The notes beneath the pieces were generated by a model. That model was not told the origin of the DNA and made no database searches. It saw only the letters and a list, made by a program, of their open reading frames with translations. A stretch of DNA of 62,165 nucleotides, filler included, from Squatina squatina (lineage: Eukaryota), in NCBI GenBank assembly GCA_031763465.1. It is 3 parts of 3 records of this genome, joined end to end, with 100 filler letters (N's around TTAATTAATTAA, not from the genome) between each part and the next. Parts side by side here need not be neighbours in the genome. Positions count along the whole stretch, not along the records: positions 1 to 22,748 come from JARFOE010000016.1; 2 more parts are not named here. One strand, given 5' to 3'. The translations under genes were made by a program, and so were the position numbers. Shown piece after piece: positions 1 to 12,884 of this stretch; positions within the stretch are counted from its first letter, which is position 1; every line of letters starts with the position of its first letter.

Positions 1-473
1 ACCTCTTCGATGAAACCCGGCAGGCACTTTGCATGTATGACATTTTGGAGTTTGACAAACAATTCACCCATGCACTGCAGATGTGCCTAACATTGGACTT
101 TTAAGTATATAGATTATTGTTATGTTCTCTTGGGTTTGGCCCGACACCATTGTTTCTGCCACTATTGAACAGTGGAGACAGAACACCCTTGGGACTTTAA
201 CATCCGTGTGGTGTCCCCTCATTCCATTATTTGCCAAAAATATTCTTGTCTGATCTGTCTTGACTGAGTCCTCTCTATTTGATCAGATGTGCTACATGTC
301 TCTTCTCTCCTCTTCCACCACACAGAAAGATACACTGACTTTTGTTCTTTATACCTTATTGTCCAATAAATCAACTGAGTATTCTTGTACTTGTTGTATG
401 TATGTGTTGTTCAGGACAAAGGAGAACAGAGTTGGAACCGGAAACACTCACACTTTTTAATTTGCTTACTCAC

Positions 474-543
474 CATGCTGAGGGTTATTGCAGGACTCCA
501 AAGTGCTGAGCAAGATTTTTCCTAGTGATCTCCTCGACACATT
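474..543 (-). CDS. EFCC1: EFCC1 coding exon (NVSRRSLGKILLSTLESCNNPQH)
   Basis: Acceptor ctag| and donor |gtgagt on the minus strand; in phase with exon 821-979; resembles the EFCC1 C-terminal NISKRALGKILLSTL motif as recalled. Confidence 0.85.
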
Positions 544-820
544 CTAGATAAAATAAACAAACTTCTTATTGATTAGAGTGATAAATGAAAATGTGTTTAC
601 TTTAATTAACATTTTGGCACTGAAGTGCCTTGCAAGTCACTCGTAATAACCTCATAGTGCATTTATTTCTACATAAGCTGAAACTCCTATCTCTTTTCTG
701 AAGTGTGACATATTAAAAAACATCAATCGCTGCTAATGTACAATTGGAAATGAGCTTTTCCTTATCATGAGAGCCCATTGCATTAAATTACTGAAAGCTG
801 TCAGAGCGTCATTCACTTAC

Positions 821-979
821 AAGGTCACGTAGTTGCTGCAGGAGCTGTAGTACATCCATCAATTTTTCTTCAATCAGTGACAGTCGTACTCTCTCTGTCT
901 CTAACATCTGCAGCTCCATCTGAAGCAGTTCTGTCTCATCCACTTTGCGCTGTAGCTCACACAGTAAGGATCCCTTCAG
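821..979 (-). CDS. EFCC1: EFCC1 coiled-coil exon ([53 protein letters not shown])
   Basis: 159 bp, ttttag|...|gtaagt, open frame; matches EFCC1 [32 protein letters not shown]. Confidence 0.9.
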
Positions 980-1289
980 CTAAAAACCACAAATGGGAAA
1001 ATATTGGCATTAAAAATTTTAAAAATAATTTAACAGTATTACTATGGCGTTCCTCATGGTGAGTCAGAGGACTCACTGTTTTATAACATAGAGGTGTTCA
1101 TGCCTTTTAGGGCACAACATCAGTTACAGGATTGAATAACAGGAATTCCTTTTTTACTAACTGGTATTATGGGAATTTTACTTTGTGTTTTGGGGGTTGA
1201 GTTTTACAACTGTAAATGAGTGATATGTTTATTTTTTATTGGAAACGAAGAACTCTTTAAAGACAGAGGCAGTTCAGACTATACTGGAC

Positions 1290-1411
1290 AATAAGGAAAT
1301 GGCTGCCTTGTAAAATGAGTACTTTGTATCTGTTATTGCAGTGGAGGAACAGGACACAATACCAATGGTACAAGGGAACCTAAAAATAAGTCAAGGGGAG
1401 GAACTTAGTGG
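1290..1411 (+). mobile_element. CR1-type LINE ORF2 fragment, truncated by gap
   Basis: Degenerate NKEMA...YFVSV...EEQDTIP translation resembling the CR1 ORF2 linker region. Confidence 0.4.
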
Positions 1412-1886
1412 NNNNNNNNNNNNNNNNNNNNNNNNNNNNNNNNNNNNNNNNNNNNNNNNNNNNNNNNNNNNNNNNNNNNNNNNNNNNNNNNNNNNNNNNN
1501 NNNNNNNNNNNNNNNNNNNNNNNNNNNNNNNNNNNNNNNNNNNNNNNNNNNNNNNNNNNNNNNNNNNNNNNNNNNNNNNNNNNNNNNNNNNNNNNNNNNN
1601 NNNNNNNNNNNNNNNNNNNNNNNNNNNNNNNNNNNNNNNNNNNNNNNNNNNNNNNNNNNNNNNNNNNNNNNNNNNNNNNNNNNNNNNNNNNNNNNNNNNN
1701 NNNNNNNNNNNNNNNNNNNNNNNNNNNNNNNNNNNNNNNNNNNNNNNNNNNNNNNNNNNNNNNNNNNNNNNNNNNNNNNNNNNNNNNNNNNNNNNNNNNN
1801 NNNNNNNNNNNNNNNNNNNNNNNNNNNNNNNNNNNNNNNTTTTTGTGGACATAATAGACATGCATCATACTGTTCAGACTTGTCAC

Positions 1887-2119
1887 CTGATCCATGTCAC
1901 CCTCCATTTGCTGGGTTTCATATTCCTTTAACTCCAGTTGCTGTTTCAATTTTGCCACTTTCTCAACCAGTTCCAGAATCGCGCTGTTGCTCTCATCACT
2001 CCTTATGTTCCCGAATTCTGACAGTAACTTTCTAACAGTTTTATCATCACAACTGTGAAAAGATAACACAGAACATGAGGCAAAAAGTGTCGAGCATGTA
2101 CACAATGAAAAAAGTAAAC
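1887..2119 (-). CDS. EFCC1: EFCC1 exon (LLFSLCTC...KLKQQLELKEYETQQMEGDMDQ)
   Basis: Acceptor aacag|, donor CAG|gtgaca, open frame ending in phase 0 and joining exon 821-979; coiled-coil composition. Assignment rests mainly on phase and position. Confidence 0.7.
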
Positions 2120-3305
2120 CTGTTCATTTAAAAGTGAAGTTATGCAGTAGGCCATAATGTGCTATCAAAATAATGGTGAGGCTATTGGCATTTGCCGTTA
2201 TCTGTACGCAAATACTACAGCAATTTCAGGCGAGCGCACATGCATGGCTAAATGTGGAAATCCAAATGTTGCTGTCTGAGATGCCATTAGCTTCGGAAAA
2301 CAGCATCTCGCTGTCTGGCACTGAATGACGTGAAGTTGCTGTATTTGCACAGTAGATACAGACTAAAGTCATCATAGAATNNNNNNNNNNNNNNNNNNNN
2401 NNNNNNNNNNNNNNNNNNNNNNNNNNNNNNNNNNNNNNNNNNNNNNNNNNNNNNNNNNNNNNNNNNNNNNNNNNNNNNNNAGACAGCTAGATATCTTATG
2501 CTGAATTTTGGGTGGCATCAAATCTCCAGACAGTGCAAAAAAATTAGAATCCCGGCTACGTACCACTTTTCACTCTAGCATGAGAAACTCATTATACTTT
2601 TGTAAGCCAAGAGAACAAAATTTAAAAGTATTCAATTGATTACATAGTTGTCTTTCAGAGTCTGGCATGATTGCCAGGCCCTTTATTCACATTTACTTCT
2701 TTACTGCAGGCCCAGGATCCCAGCTCGAGAGCAGTAGGAGCTTTGTATAAACTCTCCCCCATTATCAGGAATAGAAAGGCTCTGCCCTCCTCTGCGGCCC
2801 TTCAAACGTGAAGCTCTGGCTAATAAAAACTAGAAACAAACGGCCAAGTGTTTTCTGCACCCTCCAGATGGCATTTCCCTTTTACCTCTCCAAACGGCCT
2901 CTATTGTTTTGGAAAGAGACCAAGTTTTTCATCAGTCACTTTGACTGTTTGATTTAAACACTGCTTCCCTAGGTCAAGAAAGGCTGCAGGAATGAAAGGA
3001 TGAAAGAAGGTGACAGTTCGATGGCCTCTTTCACGGTAATGAACCAAACAGTTTTTTCTTGCTAGTATCCCTCCCCCAGCCTCCTCCACTTCTACAGGAC
3101 TACTCCCTTAACCCCTTTATTTCTGTAACTATGAACTCACCAACCCTGGGAGAAAATCAGCTGTCAGTTGATGGGAGGATTTCCCAGATTCCCGAGGCTT
3201 TTTTTNNNNNNNNNNNNNNNNNNNNNNNNNNNNNNNNNNNNNNNNNNNNNNNNNNNNNNNNNNNNNNNNNNNNNNNNNNNNNNNNNNNNNNNNNNNNNNN
3301 NNNNN

Positions 3306-3650
3306 CTGCACTCATCCAGGCAACTGGAGAGTATTCCATCACATTCCTGACTTGTGCCTTGTAGATGGTGGAAAGGCTTTGGGGAGTCAGGAGGCGAGTG
3401 TCTCACCACAGAAATCCCAGCCTCTGACCTGCTCTTGTAGCCAAAGTGTTTATGTGGCTGGGCCAGTTAAATTTCTGGTCAATGGTGACCCCCCAGAGTG
3501 TTGATGGGGGTGGGGGGGGTTTCAACGATGGTAATGCCGTTTAATGTCAAGGGCCAGTAGTTAGACTCTCGCTTTTTGGAGATAGTCATTGTCTGGAGCT
3601 TCTGTGGCGCGAATGTTACTTGTCATTTATCAGCCCAAACCTGAATGTTT
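3306..3650 (-). mobile_element. CR1-clade LINE ORF2 C-terminal fragment
   Basis: Minus strand encodes KAQVRN.MEYSPVAWMSA; same family as 34418-34927 in the opposite orientation. Confidence 0.75.
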
Positions 3651-3659
3651 AGTTGGAAG

Positions 3660-4485
3660 AGGTGTTGGGCCATTCAGCAGACAGCATGGAGTCAAGAATA
3701 GTAGTAGTTTTAAAGCTGGCTATTATCAACATATGTATTGAAGCTGACATCGTGCTTATGGATGCTGTTTCTGGGAAGCATCATATGAGGAATGGGGGGG
3801 AACTAAGGGTGGAACCTTAAGCCATGCTAGAGGTGCCTATGTGGGTACAGATAGAGAAATCATTGCAGGTAATATGCTGGCTACATTGGGATAGATAGGA
3901 ATGGAAACAGAAATAACGGTGCTATGGCAAACGGAAGGATGCAGTAGTCAACAGCAGATAAATTGAGAAGAGCAAGAAGAGATAAGACACCACAGTTGCA
4001 GTCACACAGGATATCACTGGTAACTTTGACAATGTCAATCGCAATGCTGTGGTGAAATGGAAGCCAGACTGAAGAGACTTGAACAGAGAGTAGCAGGAAA
4101 AATGAGTACGGATTTGGTTACAATGCTCGTCAGAAATCTTCTCGACAGGTATGTAACCAGGGTTTCACCGAAGTTAGGTTGGCTGATTGGGAATAACCTA
4201 GAAGAATTTCCCAGCAGATGTGTTTTGAGAAAGGTCTGATGATGGCAGTTTTGAAAGTAAAGCAAATTATGCCTTTGGAGAGGAAGCAGTTAATTGTATT
4301 TGTGAGCACTGCGGCGCCAAACAAAAGGGAACATTGATGTTGAGATAAATCAGATGAAGGTTGAAGGAAATAAGAGAGCATTCTGAAGTAAGGGAAGGAC
4401 TGGGGACTGGAGGAGAAAATGGGACATTAAGAGGGTGAGGCATCTGAATGGTTGTCTCAATTTTGGAGACAAAGAAATCCACTTT
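3660..4485 (-). mobile_element. Decayed L2-like LINE fragment(s)
   Basis: Minus-strand MDFFVSKIETT and other degenerate ORF2-like remnants with many stops. Confidence 0.45.
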
Positions 4486-5369
4486 TTATATGCTTTTAAT
4501 ATATAATGCAGTTGGCACAATTGAATGTATCCCTTTTATTGTCTTGCAGTGGATTTAGCTATAATCAAAAGTATTACATTAAAATGAGGAAACATGCAGG
4601 TATCTGTCAAGGTATCTGTGCTTCAGATATTTCAGTACCTCATCTGACAGATACTGAACTAATCCATAAACTGCAAACGTATCCAGCACTGTCATTTCCA
4701 ACCATCCTGCTGAAGATACAGAAATTATTTGCAAACTAGCCTTACTCTTAAAATGACCTATTCACCAATTCATCTCCACACTTCCTTCCAGCAGTTCTGT
4801 ATTCATCTAAAATTGAACAACTTTTACAATTAGGTTACAATTATTCAACTCAGTGTTGATGCATTTTATTTATTATTGTACTGGCTTAGAAATCCTTGCA
4901 AAAATTGGTAATGCAACTTTTAATTCTGCATATGGGGGAAGGGACACATGCTTTTTGTTTACTGGCACTAATTTCAGATGTATTGATGTCAAAATCCTGC
5001 CTCTATAATCTGCGGGAGTTCTTTTCATTGAACTGGAATAAAAATACAGACTTTTATCAAAGAAAATGCACAAGCATTATCCCACATCCTGTGACAAATT
5101 AGCAACACATGCTGCACTTCCTAAATTCTTCAGCATTTCTTTAAAGATTTAATGATGCTTATTTTGAGGCTGTGTTTACTGCATGACTTTGAAGTCTTCT
5201 CCAGGAGGTAGGGCTGGAAAGTTTTAATAACTGCCTGCAGACTGGTACCAGACCTGGCCCGTCTGCTTGACAGCTTTCTTTTGATGTGAACTTTTAGTCA
5301 TTGCCAAAGTGGATAACCTTGAGAAGAGTTCTCTTATGAAAGCAACGTTACAAACCTAAAAGGAACCAG

Positions 5370-5427
5370 ACTGAGTTGGATGATCAGCCATGATCATATT
5401 GAATGGCGGTGCAGGCTCGAAGGGCCT
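5370..5427 (+). mobile_element. CR1/HER1-type LINE or SINE 3' tail
   Basis: gatcagccatgatcatattgaatggcggtgcaggctcgaagggcc; a related tail lies reversed at 33120-33186. Confidence 0.6.
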
Positions 5428-5824
5428 NNNNNNNNNNNNNNNNNNNNNNNNNNNNNNNNNNNNNNNNNNNNNNNNNNNNNNNNNNNNNNNNNNNNNNNNN
5501 NNNNNNNNNNNNNNNNNNNNNNNNNNNCCTCATCACCCAAGATTGTAATTGTCAGGTAAGGTAATATGTTGTTTATAAAGCAAATTCTCCCAAATTAGCA
5601 AAGGCAAAGAAAATAAGACTGGTTTAGTAAAAACTATTTAATAATTGCACATTAAGCATATGCAATATTTTAAGGAATTCTTTATTCTAACATTGCAGTT
5701 AATGGTATTTTTTAAACCTATATACATGTGATTTTAGACCAGCTTCTATATGTATATATTCTGAAGTTTTTAAATCTAACGATACTATGAGAAATAAAAT
5801 GACTAATATTGTTTCTTTTCACAG

Positions 5825-6162
5825 GAAAGATGTAGCCCTGTGTACTGTCAGTATCAATTCTATGATCTGCCATGTCATCAGACTAAAAGAAGTAGGCATG
5901 GGACAGAGATTTCCTTCAAGGATGTGAATGTGATTCTAACAGGGACCATCAATCCAGATAAACTCAGAGAGTATCTCTGTGGGCCTCCACTAGAGATAGA
6001 GATCCATGACCGTGACAGAAAGTTGGAGTTTCAACCCCAACCACCAGCGTTGTTTGGTAGTGAACCTGAAGATACTAAACTGAGCAATGTGGGCCTTGTC
6101 AGCAGTAAACGAACTGTTCATGATCCTTTCACAGATATAAATAAATCTTTGGATCCGTATGG
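5825..6162 (+). CDS. CFAP92: CFAP92 (KIAA1257) exon, 3' end lost in gap
   Basis: Acceptor ttttcacag|GAA; ERCSPVYCQYQFYDLPCHQTK...LREYLCGPPLEIEIHDRDRK resembles CFAP92 PVYCKYQF...LREYLEGPP..VEVHDRDRK; lies between EFCC1 and ACAD9 as in human. Confidence 0.85.
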
Positions 6163-7465
6163 NNNNNNNNNNNNNNNNNNNNNNNNNNNNNNNNNNNNNN
6201 NNNNNNNNNNNNNNNNNNNNNNNNNNNNNNNNNNNNNNNNNNNNNNNNNNNNNNNNNNNNNNTTCATAAAGGAAGAATTGTTGAATTACTACTGTTTATT
6301 ATCAGGATAAGCGTCAGAGTAGGCAAAGGTAATAGTTTCCAAAAATGTGGAATATTTTGAATCATATTTCATATGTGGCACATAGGCACTTGCAGGAAAC
6401 AACTGAAAGAAGGCTGTCAGGTGGAATGTCACTGTTAAACCAAGTTGATGATTTTCTGGGCTACTGGTCTAACACAAACACATTGAAGCAATTGTGTTGG
6501 GATCAGGGGGCTCATGCAGTACTATGGAGTGAGAAAATTGTTTTGCATCTGCAATTCCCCGCACAGTGAGTTGTAATCTCTTGGTCATCCCATTGGGGGA
6601 GGCATTGAGCAAAGGACAGGAGTTGCTGCACACCCAGTGAAGGAAACAAAAAGGGGGTTAAAAAAAAAATTCGACGATTTATCCCAGGCTAGCTTTCTGC
6701 ATACTTCCTAGAGGCCAGTTATAGAGCTAGGGAGGCTTAACAGCAGGACATTTTTTGACAGGGAACAATGCACAATGCAGTCAATTAAGAATCGGTTAAA
6801 AGAAAATCTGAAGGGAGCTACGTAAAAGGGAAAATACACACACACACAAATACCAGTTTCAAAATCATATTTGCAAGGAAAATAGCAATGCATTTTTCTT
6901 TAGTCAACAGGGTCACAGGGTTTCTCTTTTCTTTTCCCCCCCCAACCCCCACCACACACTTGACTTAGTTAGTTTTCTTTCCCATTTCTTATTTACTTTC
7001 ATTACCCATTTAATCTCTGGTAGTTCATAATCCTGGCCACAATTAATTGAAAAGATTTTCTCATCAGAACTACAGAAATTTACAAATTTTGAGATAAGAA
7101 GCTTCCAAATTAAGTCCCACAGCAAAAGCTCATCTGTAATAGTCACATTTGCTGTTGGCTTCACGTAAACTTTAGAGATAAGGTGTTTTTACCCCCCTAA
7201 GAGATTTGAACTGAATTAATTCATCAACTGTTAGAATGGAAAAAAAGACTAATTTCTTGTAGCAGCACTAACAATTTATTATTTTAGAGGCCATGTTTCT
7301 TTTGTTCTTTAAGACACTCTTGCTAAGGTAACGTTCCACATCATTTTAAATATTTAATTCAATTATTGAAAGCAAGGTTTTGGTCCCAAAAATTCAGATG
7401 ATCATTGTAATTCAGATGTAGATTTAAAGGGATGGATATTTATTGCTCAGATAGTATGCACCTAC

Positions 7466-7594
7466 CTCATGGTCATGATTGCGAAGGCCAATGCTGATAG
7501 AGCGACTAGCTCTCGAGATAACCGCCGTCATGGCATACAGATTAATAAGAACATCAGCCACTCTCTTCACTAACAGTTGCTCTTCCACTATAGT
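7466..7594 (-). CDS. ACAD9: ACAD9 exon ([43 protein letters not shown])
   Basis: 129 bp, cttcag|...|gtaggt; strong ACAD9 C-terminal match. Confidence 0.95.
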
Positions 7595-8708
7595 CTGAAG
7601 GAGATACACACCATTTCATTATGATCAACTTCTCTTGGAAAAAAAATGAATCTCACAAGAAAANNNNNNNNNNNNNNNNNNNNNNNNNNNNNNNNNNNNN
7701 NNNNNNNNNNNNNNNNNNNNNNNNNNNNNNNNNNNNNNNNNNNNNNNNNNNNNNNNNNNNNNNATATCATTCCGTATAATCACACCCAGATAGGTCAGTA
7801 TACTGCAGTTTGATAATACTGCCAAACACTACAGCCATACTATTGAGCAAATTGAGTGATGCTTATATCCATTTATGTCATTATTCAACATTTACATCAG
7901 TGGCTATTCCACAAAGATTTACATTTTCATCTAGAAGTCACTTCTTGAAATTGAGATTTTGTAATCTGCATTTAAAACATTAACCTCCACTGACTTAAAA
8001 ACATAAAGCTTGCACGCCTCTTGATGCCTGCTTGTTGCATTAATACCAGAACTGTTCCATCTCAGGTCAAAACTGCACAGCATTATGACTCTCAAGTTTC
8101 CACCACCGGACTACAAGCCTGTTGAATAAATGATGGGGGGTATTATATTTCTCTGCAGGAGATATTTATTAATGAAATAAAGAGATTTGAATATACTGCA
8201 GGCTGCCAGTTCTTTTCAAAAAGAAGTATAATTATGCTTGATCTTTTAGGTGGGAGAAATGAAGAGTTTTATATTACAAAACATCAAGATGACGAGAAAG
8301 TTGGTGTTCTTTGTTCAATCACAACACTGAACTCTAAATTCTTTAGCAGGTTTGGCACAAGAGTTGTTTGGAAACAGATCTTTGAATTCGAAAGCATATT
8401 TACTTCTATGGACTGTGACAAAGCAAACTGAAGCTAGTTGATGTGAACATCTGAAATAACTGAAATGCATATTAAAAACTACTTGATCCTATCCAATTTA
8501 AAAATCTACAGCATACTCAATTCAGTACAACTGTTGGTAAAATCTACTAAGATTACAACCTGACATCTTATATTAGATGCAAAGATTTTTTGAAATTAGG
8601 TACACATAATCAACTGGCTAAGTGCTACCTCTCCAGTTTGCAACATGTTCAACTGTCGATTACCATTACTATAAATTCAGTATTCAAACCACTGAATTTA
8701 TAGCTTAC

Positions 8709-8837
8709 CTCAAAAATTAGAAGAATTCTGCTGTCCCTGAGGAATCGCTCATAAGGATAATCTTTCATATAGCCAAGGCCTCCTAGAATCTGCAGTGCTT
8801 CACTTATGCACACCCATGCTCCCTCAGAACTGTAAAC
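8709..8837 (-). CDS. ACAD9: ACAD9 exon ([43 protein letters not shown])
   Basis: 129 bp, cag|...|gtaagc; acyl-CoA dehydrogenase signature with the catalytic Glu in IFE(G). Confidence 0.97.
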
Positions 8838-9525
8838 CTGATCCAAAGACAGCCTCAGTTAGAAATCATCAGGATTAGACACACTGCTTACATAATAAAA
8901 TTAGTTACATCAGAGCAGCAAGGAAATTCAGGGTACAACATTTTTAAAAAAATGATTGGAATTTACTGGCATTTTGGAGAAAGTGTAACTATAATAAATG
9001 AACACGGTTACAATTATGGTTCTTTGTGACATTTGATTTTTATTTTAAAAAGAGTACTGGTGGCAAGACACCTTTAGCCACTATAACACATACAGCAAGC
9101 AATGCAGACTCAATTATGTAGGTACAAGTTTGTGAAGTGAACATTATAAAACAGCAACACTCCAATTCAGTATTTCATTATTAATCAACAGTAGCTGAAA
9201 AATGTCATCCCCTGTGCCTGGCTGCCTGACAGGAAAAGGGTAAGAAAGCAATATTTTTCCTAACTCCAAACAGNNNNNNNNNNCTGTTTAATCCAGTTGT
9301 ATAGTGATATTTTGACATTATATACAGTTGACATTCTACAGGACTACACATTGTTTCTAAATATTGACATGTGCTAAATTTAATTACTCATATCTAACCT
9401 AATCCTCAAGTAAAATGAAACATTTTTATATAACACAGTTCCTCTTCCTGCTCAAATGTCACAAATCACAAGTGGAATCATCTAAACTAGTTTCATAAAA
9501 ATAATTTTAAATTTCAGTTCACTAC

Positions 9526-9645
9526 CTTCACCATGGCTGCTTCTACAGAACAATCTGGCTCTCCTGGCCGGTCCATCATTCCTGCAGTCAAGTAAGCCAT
9601 ACTCTCCATTACATATGCGTGCATCGCCATCAATGCAAATTTCTC
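9526..9645 (-). CDS. ACAD9: ACAD9 exon ([40 protein letters not shown])
   Basis: 120 bp, ttttag|...|gtagtg; splices in frame to exon 8709-8837. Confidence 0.95.
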
Positions 9646-9859
9646 CTAAAAGAAACCTCAATTGTAAGATACATGAAAACTGACTAGTAAATGTGCTACT
9701 CAGATATCTTCAGGTACATCAAAATACTGCTCCCATTGCTCTTAATGGGCAAAAAAAAGGTGATACTAACTTTTTTTAAATGTAGAATATACAGCACAGA
9801 AACAGTCCATTTGGCACAATTAGTCTGTGCTGGTGTTTATACTTCACACGAGACTCCCC

Positions 9860-10020
9860 CTATCCCATCTGCCTCATTCCATTTACCTCAGCCTTTCAAC
9901 ACATCTTTCTATTCCTTTTTCTCTCATGTACTGGTCTACTTTCCTTTTGAAAGCATCTAAGCTATGTACCTCAACCACTTCCTGTGGTAGTGAGTTCCAC
10001 ATTCTAACCATTTTCTGGGT
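9860..10020 (-). mobile_element. CR1 LINE 3' fragment
   Basis: accacttcctgtggtagtgagttccacattctaacc, the reverse complement of the CR1 ORF2 end (VRMWNSLPQEVVE). Confidence 0.55.
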
Positions 10021-10058
10021 AAAACCAAAGGTTCAGAAACTAGTTCAAAAATTCAAAT

Positions 10059-10223
10059 AAAAACAGAAAATGCTGGAGAAACTCAGCAGGTCAAGTGTCA
10101 TCGACCTGAAATGTTAACTCTGTTTCTCTCTCCACAGTTGCTGCCCACCCGACCTGCTGAGTTTTACCAGCATTTTCTGTTTTTAATTTCAGATTCCAGC
10201 ATCTGCAGTATTTTGCTTTTGTG
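10059..10223. mobile_element. Short Penelope-like terminal-repeat insertion with an internal inverted repeat and a 14-bp flanking direct repeat
   Basis: AAAACAGAAAATGCTGG..AACTCAGCAGGTC / GACCTGCTGAGTT..CCAGCATTTTCTGTTTT; flanked by TCAAAAATTCAAAT at 10045-10058 and 10224-10237; shares sequence with 30360-30440. Confidence 0.7.
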
Positions 10224-10419
10224 TCAAAAATTCAAATGATTGATTCAAGAACCACAGGTACTTTAAGGTAACTAAGTATCTCAGACCCAAGATGTTTGAA
10301 AGAGTTCTAAGAATTTTGATATAAATTCTATAATGATTCAAATTTACTGTAGTATGTTTGTGACATATAAATTAAATCTTCTTAAACACCAATTGGCTAC
10401 AGGTCTCTGATTTGCCTGC

Positions 10420-10515
10420 ACAACAGTGACTAGACTTCAGAAAGTGCTTAATTGGCTCAGAAACACTGAGATGTCCTGGGGTTGTGAAAGGCAACTGCAA
10501 GTTCTTTCTTTTCTC
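10420..10515 (+). mobile_element. SINE 3' tail (same family as 54462-54565)
   Basis: acaacagtgact...gatgtcctggggttgtgaaaggc...tgcaagttcttt. Confidence 0.55.
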
Positions 10516-10935
10516 TCTTCCAAGACTTGGGTAGAAGGGAGATTTGTTATATAGGGGTACAATCAGCTGAGGGATAGGGTGAGCATGTTTAATGGCCTTT
10601 TTTGGATACATATTAAAAAAAAACTTACATTGTCTAATGGATCTTTAACAAGTCAAATGGTATGTACCTCCATGAGTTTTATTGCAGTTTACCACGGTTA
10701 ATCTCACTTGATTTGCAGAGGCACCCAGAATAAAATCTCTCTTGTTCTAGCTAGTGCACACTGTAAATTACGCAGATATCAGTTTACACGAGAGGCTAAT
10801 CTCGACAATTGAGAAGGAAAGAAATGCTGCCCTGGNNNNNNNNNNNNNNNNNNNNNNNNNNNNNNNNNNNNNNNNNNNNNNNNNNNNNNNNNNNNNNNNN
10901 NNNNNNNNNNNNNNNNNNNNNNNNNNNNNNNNNNN

Positions 10936-11015
10936 TGTGTGGGCCCTTATCAAAAGCCATCTGAAAATCCAAATACACCACATCCACTGGTTCTCCCTTG
11001 TCTATTCTACTAGTT
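10936..11015 (-). mobile_element. CR1 LINE reverse transcriptase fragment
   Basis: VDVVYLDFQMAFDKGPH, matching the RT motif YLDFQKAFDKVPH. Confidence 0.8.
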
Positions 11016-12161
11016 ACATGTTCTCATGCACCTACTGCTCTTGTCCTTCGAGGTGGTAGAAGTCGTGACTTGGAGGCAGGATGTATTGGATTAAGCCTTT
11101 CTCCAGAAATTTAGCTCATAATCTAGGCTAACACTCCAGTACAGTAAAAGAAAATTTCAGGTTCTCAGGATCAGGCATTTTAACTTTCCTTTTNNNNNNN
11201 NNNTATATACTGAACTCATATCTATCTCCCGTGGCTTGGCTCAAGGGGAGTTAAAAGATATTCTACTTATTTGAACTGAGACAGCACATCTTCTGCAACA
11301 ATTTCTCCTCTAGTCCCGCATATTTATTTCCAGAATACTCCAAGGTTCCCCCCTTAGTCCCCTTCTGTGATTGCTTCACATTTTCCATCAAAAAAACACA
11401 AGTAATAATTAGAAACTTTCTATTTGCTTTCATAATGCAACTGTTTTTTTTTTAAGAAAAAAAGAACCCCAGTTAGGACAAGGAGAAATGGTTTATCTTT
11501 CTCTCAGCTTTATACACTTTCTGAAGTTTACAGTATAAATTCGACTACCAAGTAAAGCTACAACCATGAAAGCCCTATTTTCACTCCACCTTCACAGATT
11601 TACCCCGCAGAAGTCATTGAAAAGCCATCAGCAACAAGAATCATAGCTGATATTTTTTTCCACATCCCTAGCTCAATTGTAGCAGCCTAGCAAGCTCAGC
11701 TAACTCTGCACTGATCAGAGATCAAACCAGGGATTTTCGTGGTCTTTGTGGCTCAGCTACTCACTGCTTTTAATTACTTGGCCATCAGAGGCTCTTACCA
11801 TTTACTCTTAGTGAAAATAAGTGCAATGAGAATTATGGTCAGCAAGATAGAATAAAGAAACAGCAGTCCACATTGTGCAATGTTAGTACGAGTACACTAA
11901 ATATAATGGATTAGCTATCAATGGTACAAAGGGTTATGTAATAGGTGGAGTGGACTTAATTCCAAAGTACAAGGCTATAGAACATAGTTCTGTGTTTTAT
12001 TAACATGATTATTCTTAAGTAATATACAGGAACAAAAAAAGAACACTGGAGACCACCTATCTTATTGTACTGACTATGTAGTTATTCTTGAATCCAACAA
12101 TAAATCATGTAAAAAAAATTAAAGTTTGGGATCGCCAAAATTATTTGTGCACTGAATTCAC

Positions 12162-12240
12162 CTTTGAACCGTTGAGATGGTAGTGCTCTCCATCATCAGT
12201 GAGAGTTGCCCTGGTCTGAATCGATGCTGCATCACTCCCA
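12162..12240 (-). CDS. ACAD9: ACAD9 exon ([26 protein letters not shown])
   Basis: 79 bp, ttttcag|...|gtgaat; GSDAAS FAD-binding motif. Confidence 0.95.
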
Positions 12241-12884
12241 CTGAAAAGACATTAATGAACACTTGTGACGGGGTTTAAAAATTGGACATCCCCCAAAATT
12301 CCTTACGCATGGTCCACTAAAAAGGTAGCTTAAATCATCAGGCGCTTGCCTTTTCCAAAATGGGTCTGGAAATTTATCTATAAAGTGAGCATGCCTCCGG
12401 TTAACTAGCCACCCTTTTATAGCTGGGGTAGACACAGGTTGGCCCTGTGTTACCCCTAATCATGGTGACAAATAGTATGATTCAAGGTAAAATTATTTAC
12501 ATTTATTGCATGATGGAGATTTTTACAAAAGCAAAATAAATCCAGATTAAAAAGCAATATAGTACTCTTCTAAATAAAATAACACTTTGTAACTAAATAA
12601 AACATTTCAATTAAATAGTAAGATTACACGGGTTTAACAAATATAAAGGAAAAATTGTATCAAGCTACTGTTGGAACTCCCTCAAAAGGAAGGATGAAAC
12701 TGTATTTCAATATAGTGCCTTTCATGTCCTTGGGATTACAATCAATCAATTACTTTTGAAATGTAGTCACTGTTATTTTATTGGNNNNNNNNNNNNNNNN
12801 NNNNNNNNNNNNNNNNNNNNNNNNNNNNNNNNNNNNNNNNNNNNNNNNNNNNNNNNNNNNNNNNNNNNNNNNNNNNNNNNNNNN

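Noticed and set aside
1341-1931. Long ORFs spanning N runs, here and throughout the window
   Set aside because: Their length comes from X residues in gaps.
4549-4739. Acceptor-like ttgcag with a short open frame upstream of the CFAP92 exon
   Set aside because: No recognisable CFAP92 similarity and no convincing exon structure.
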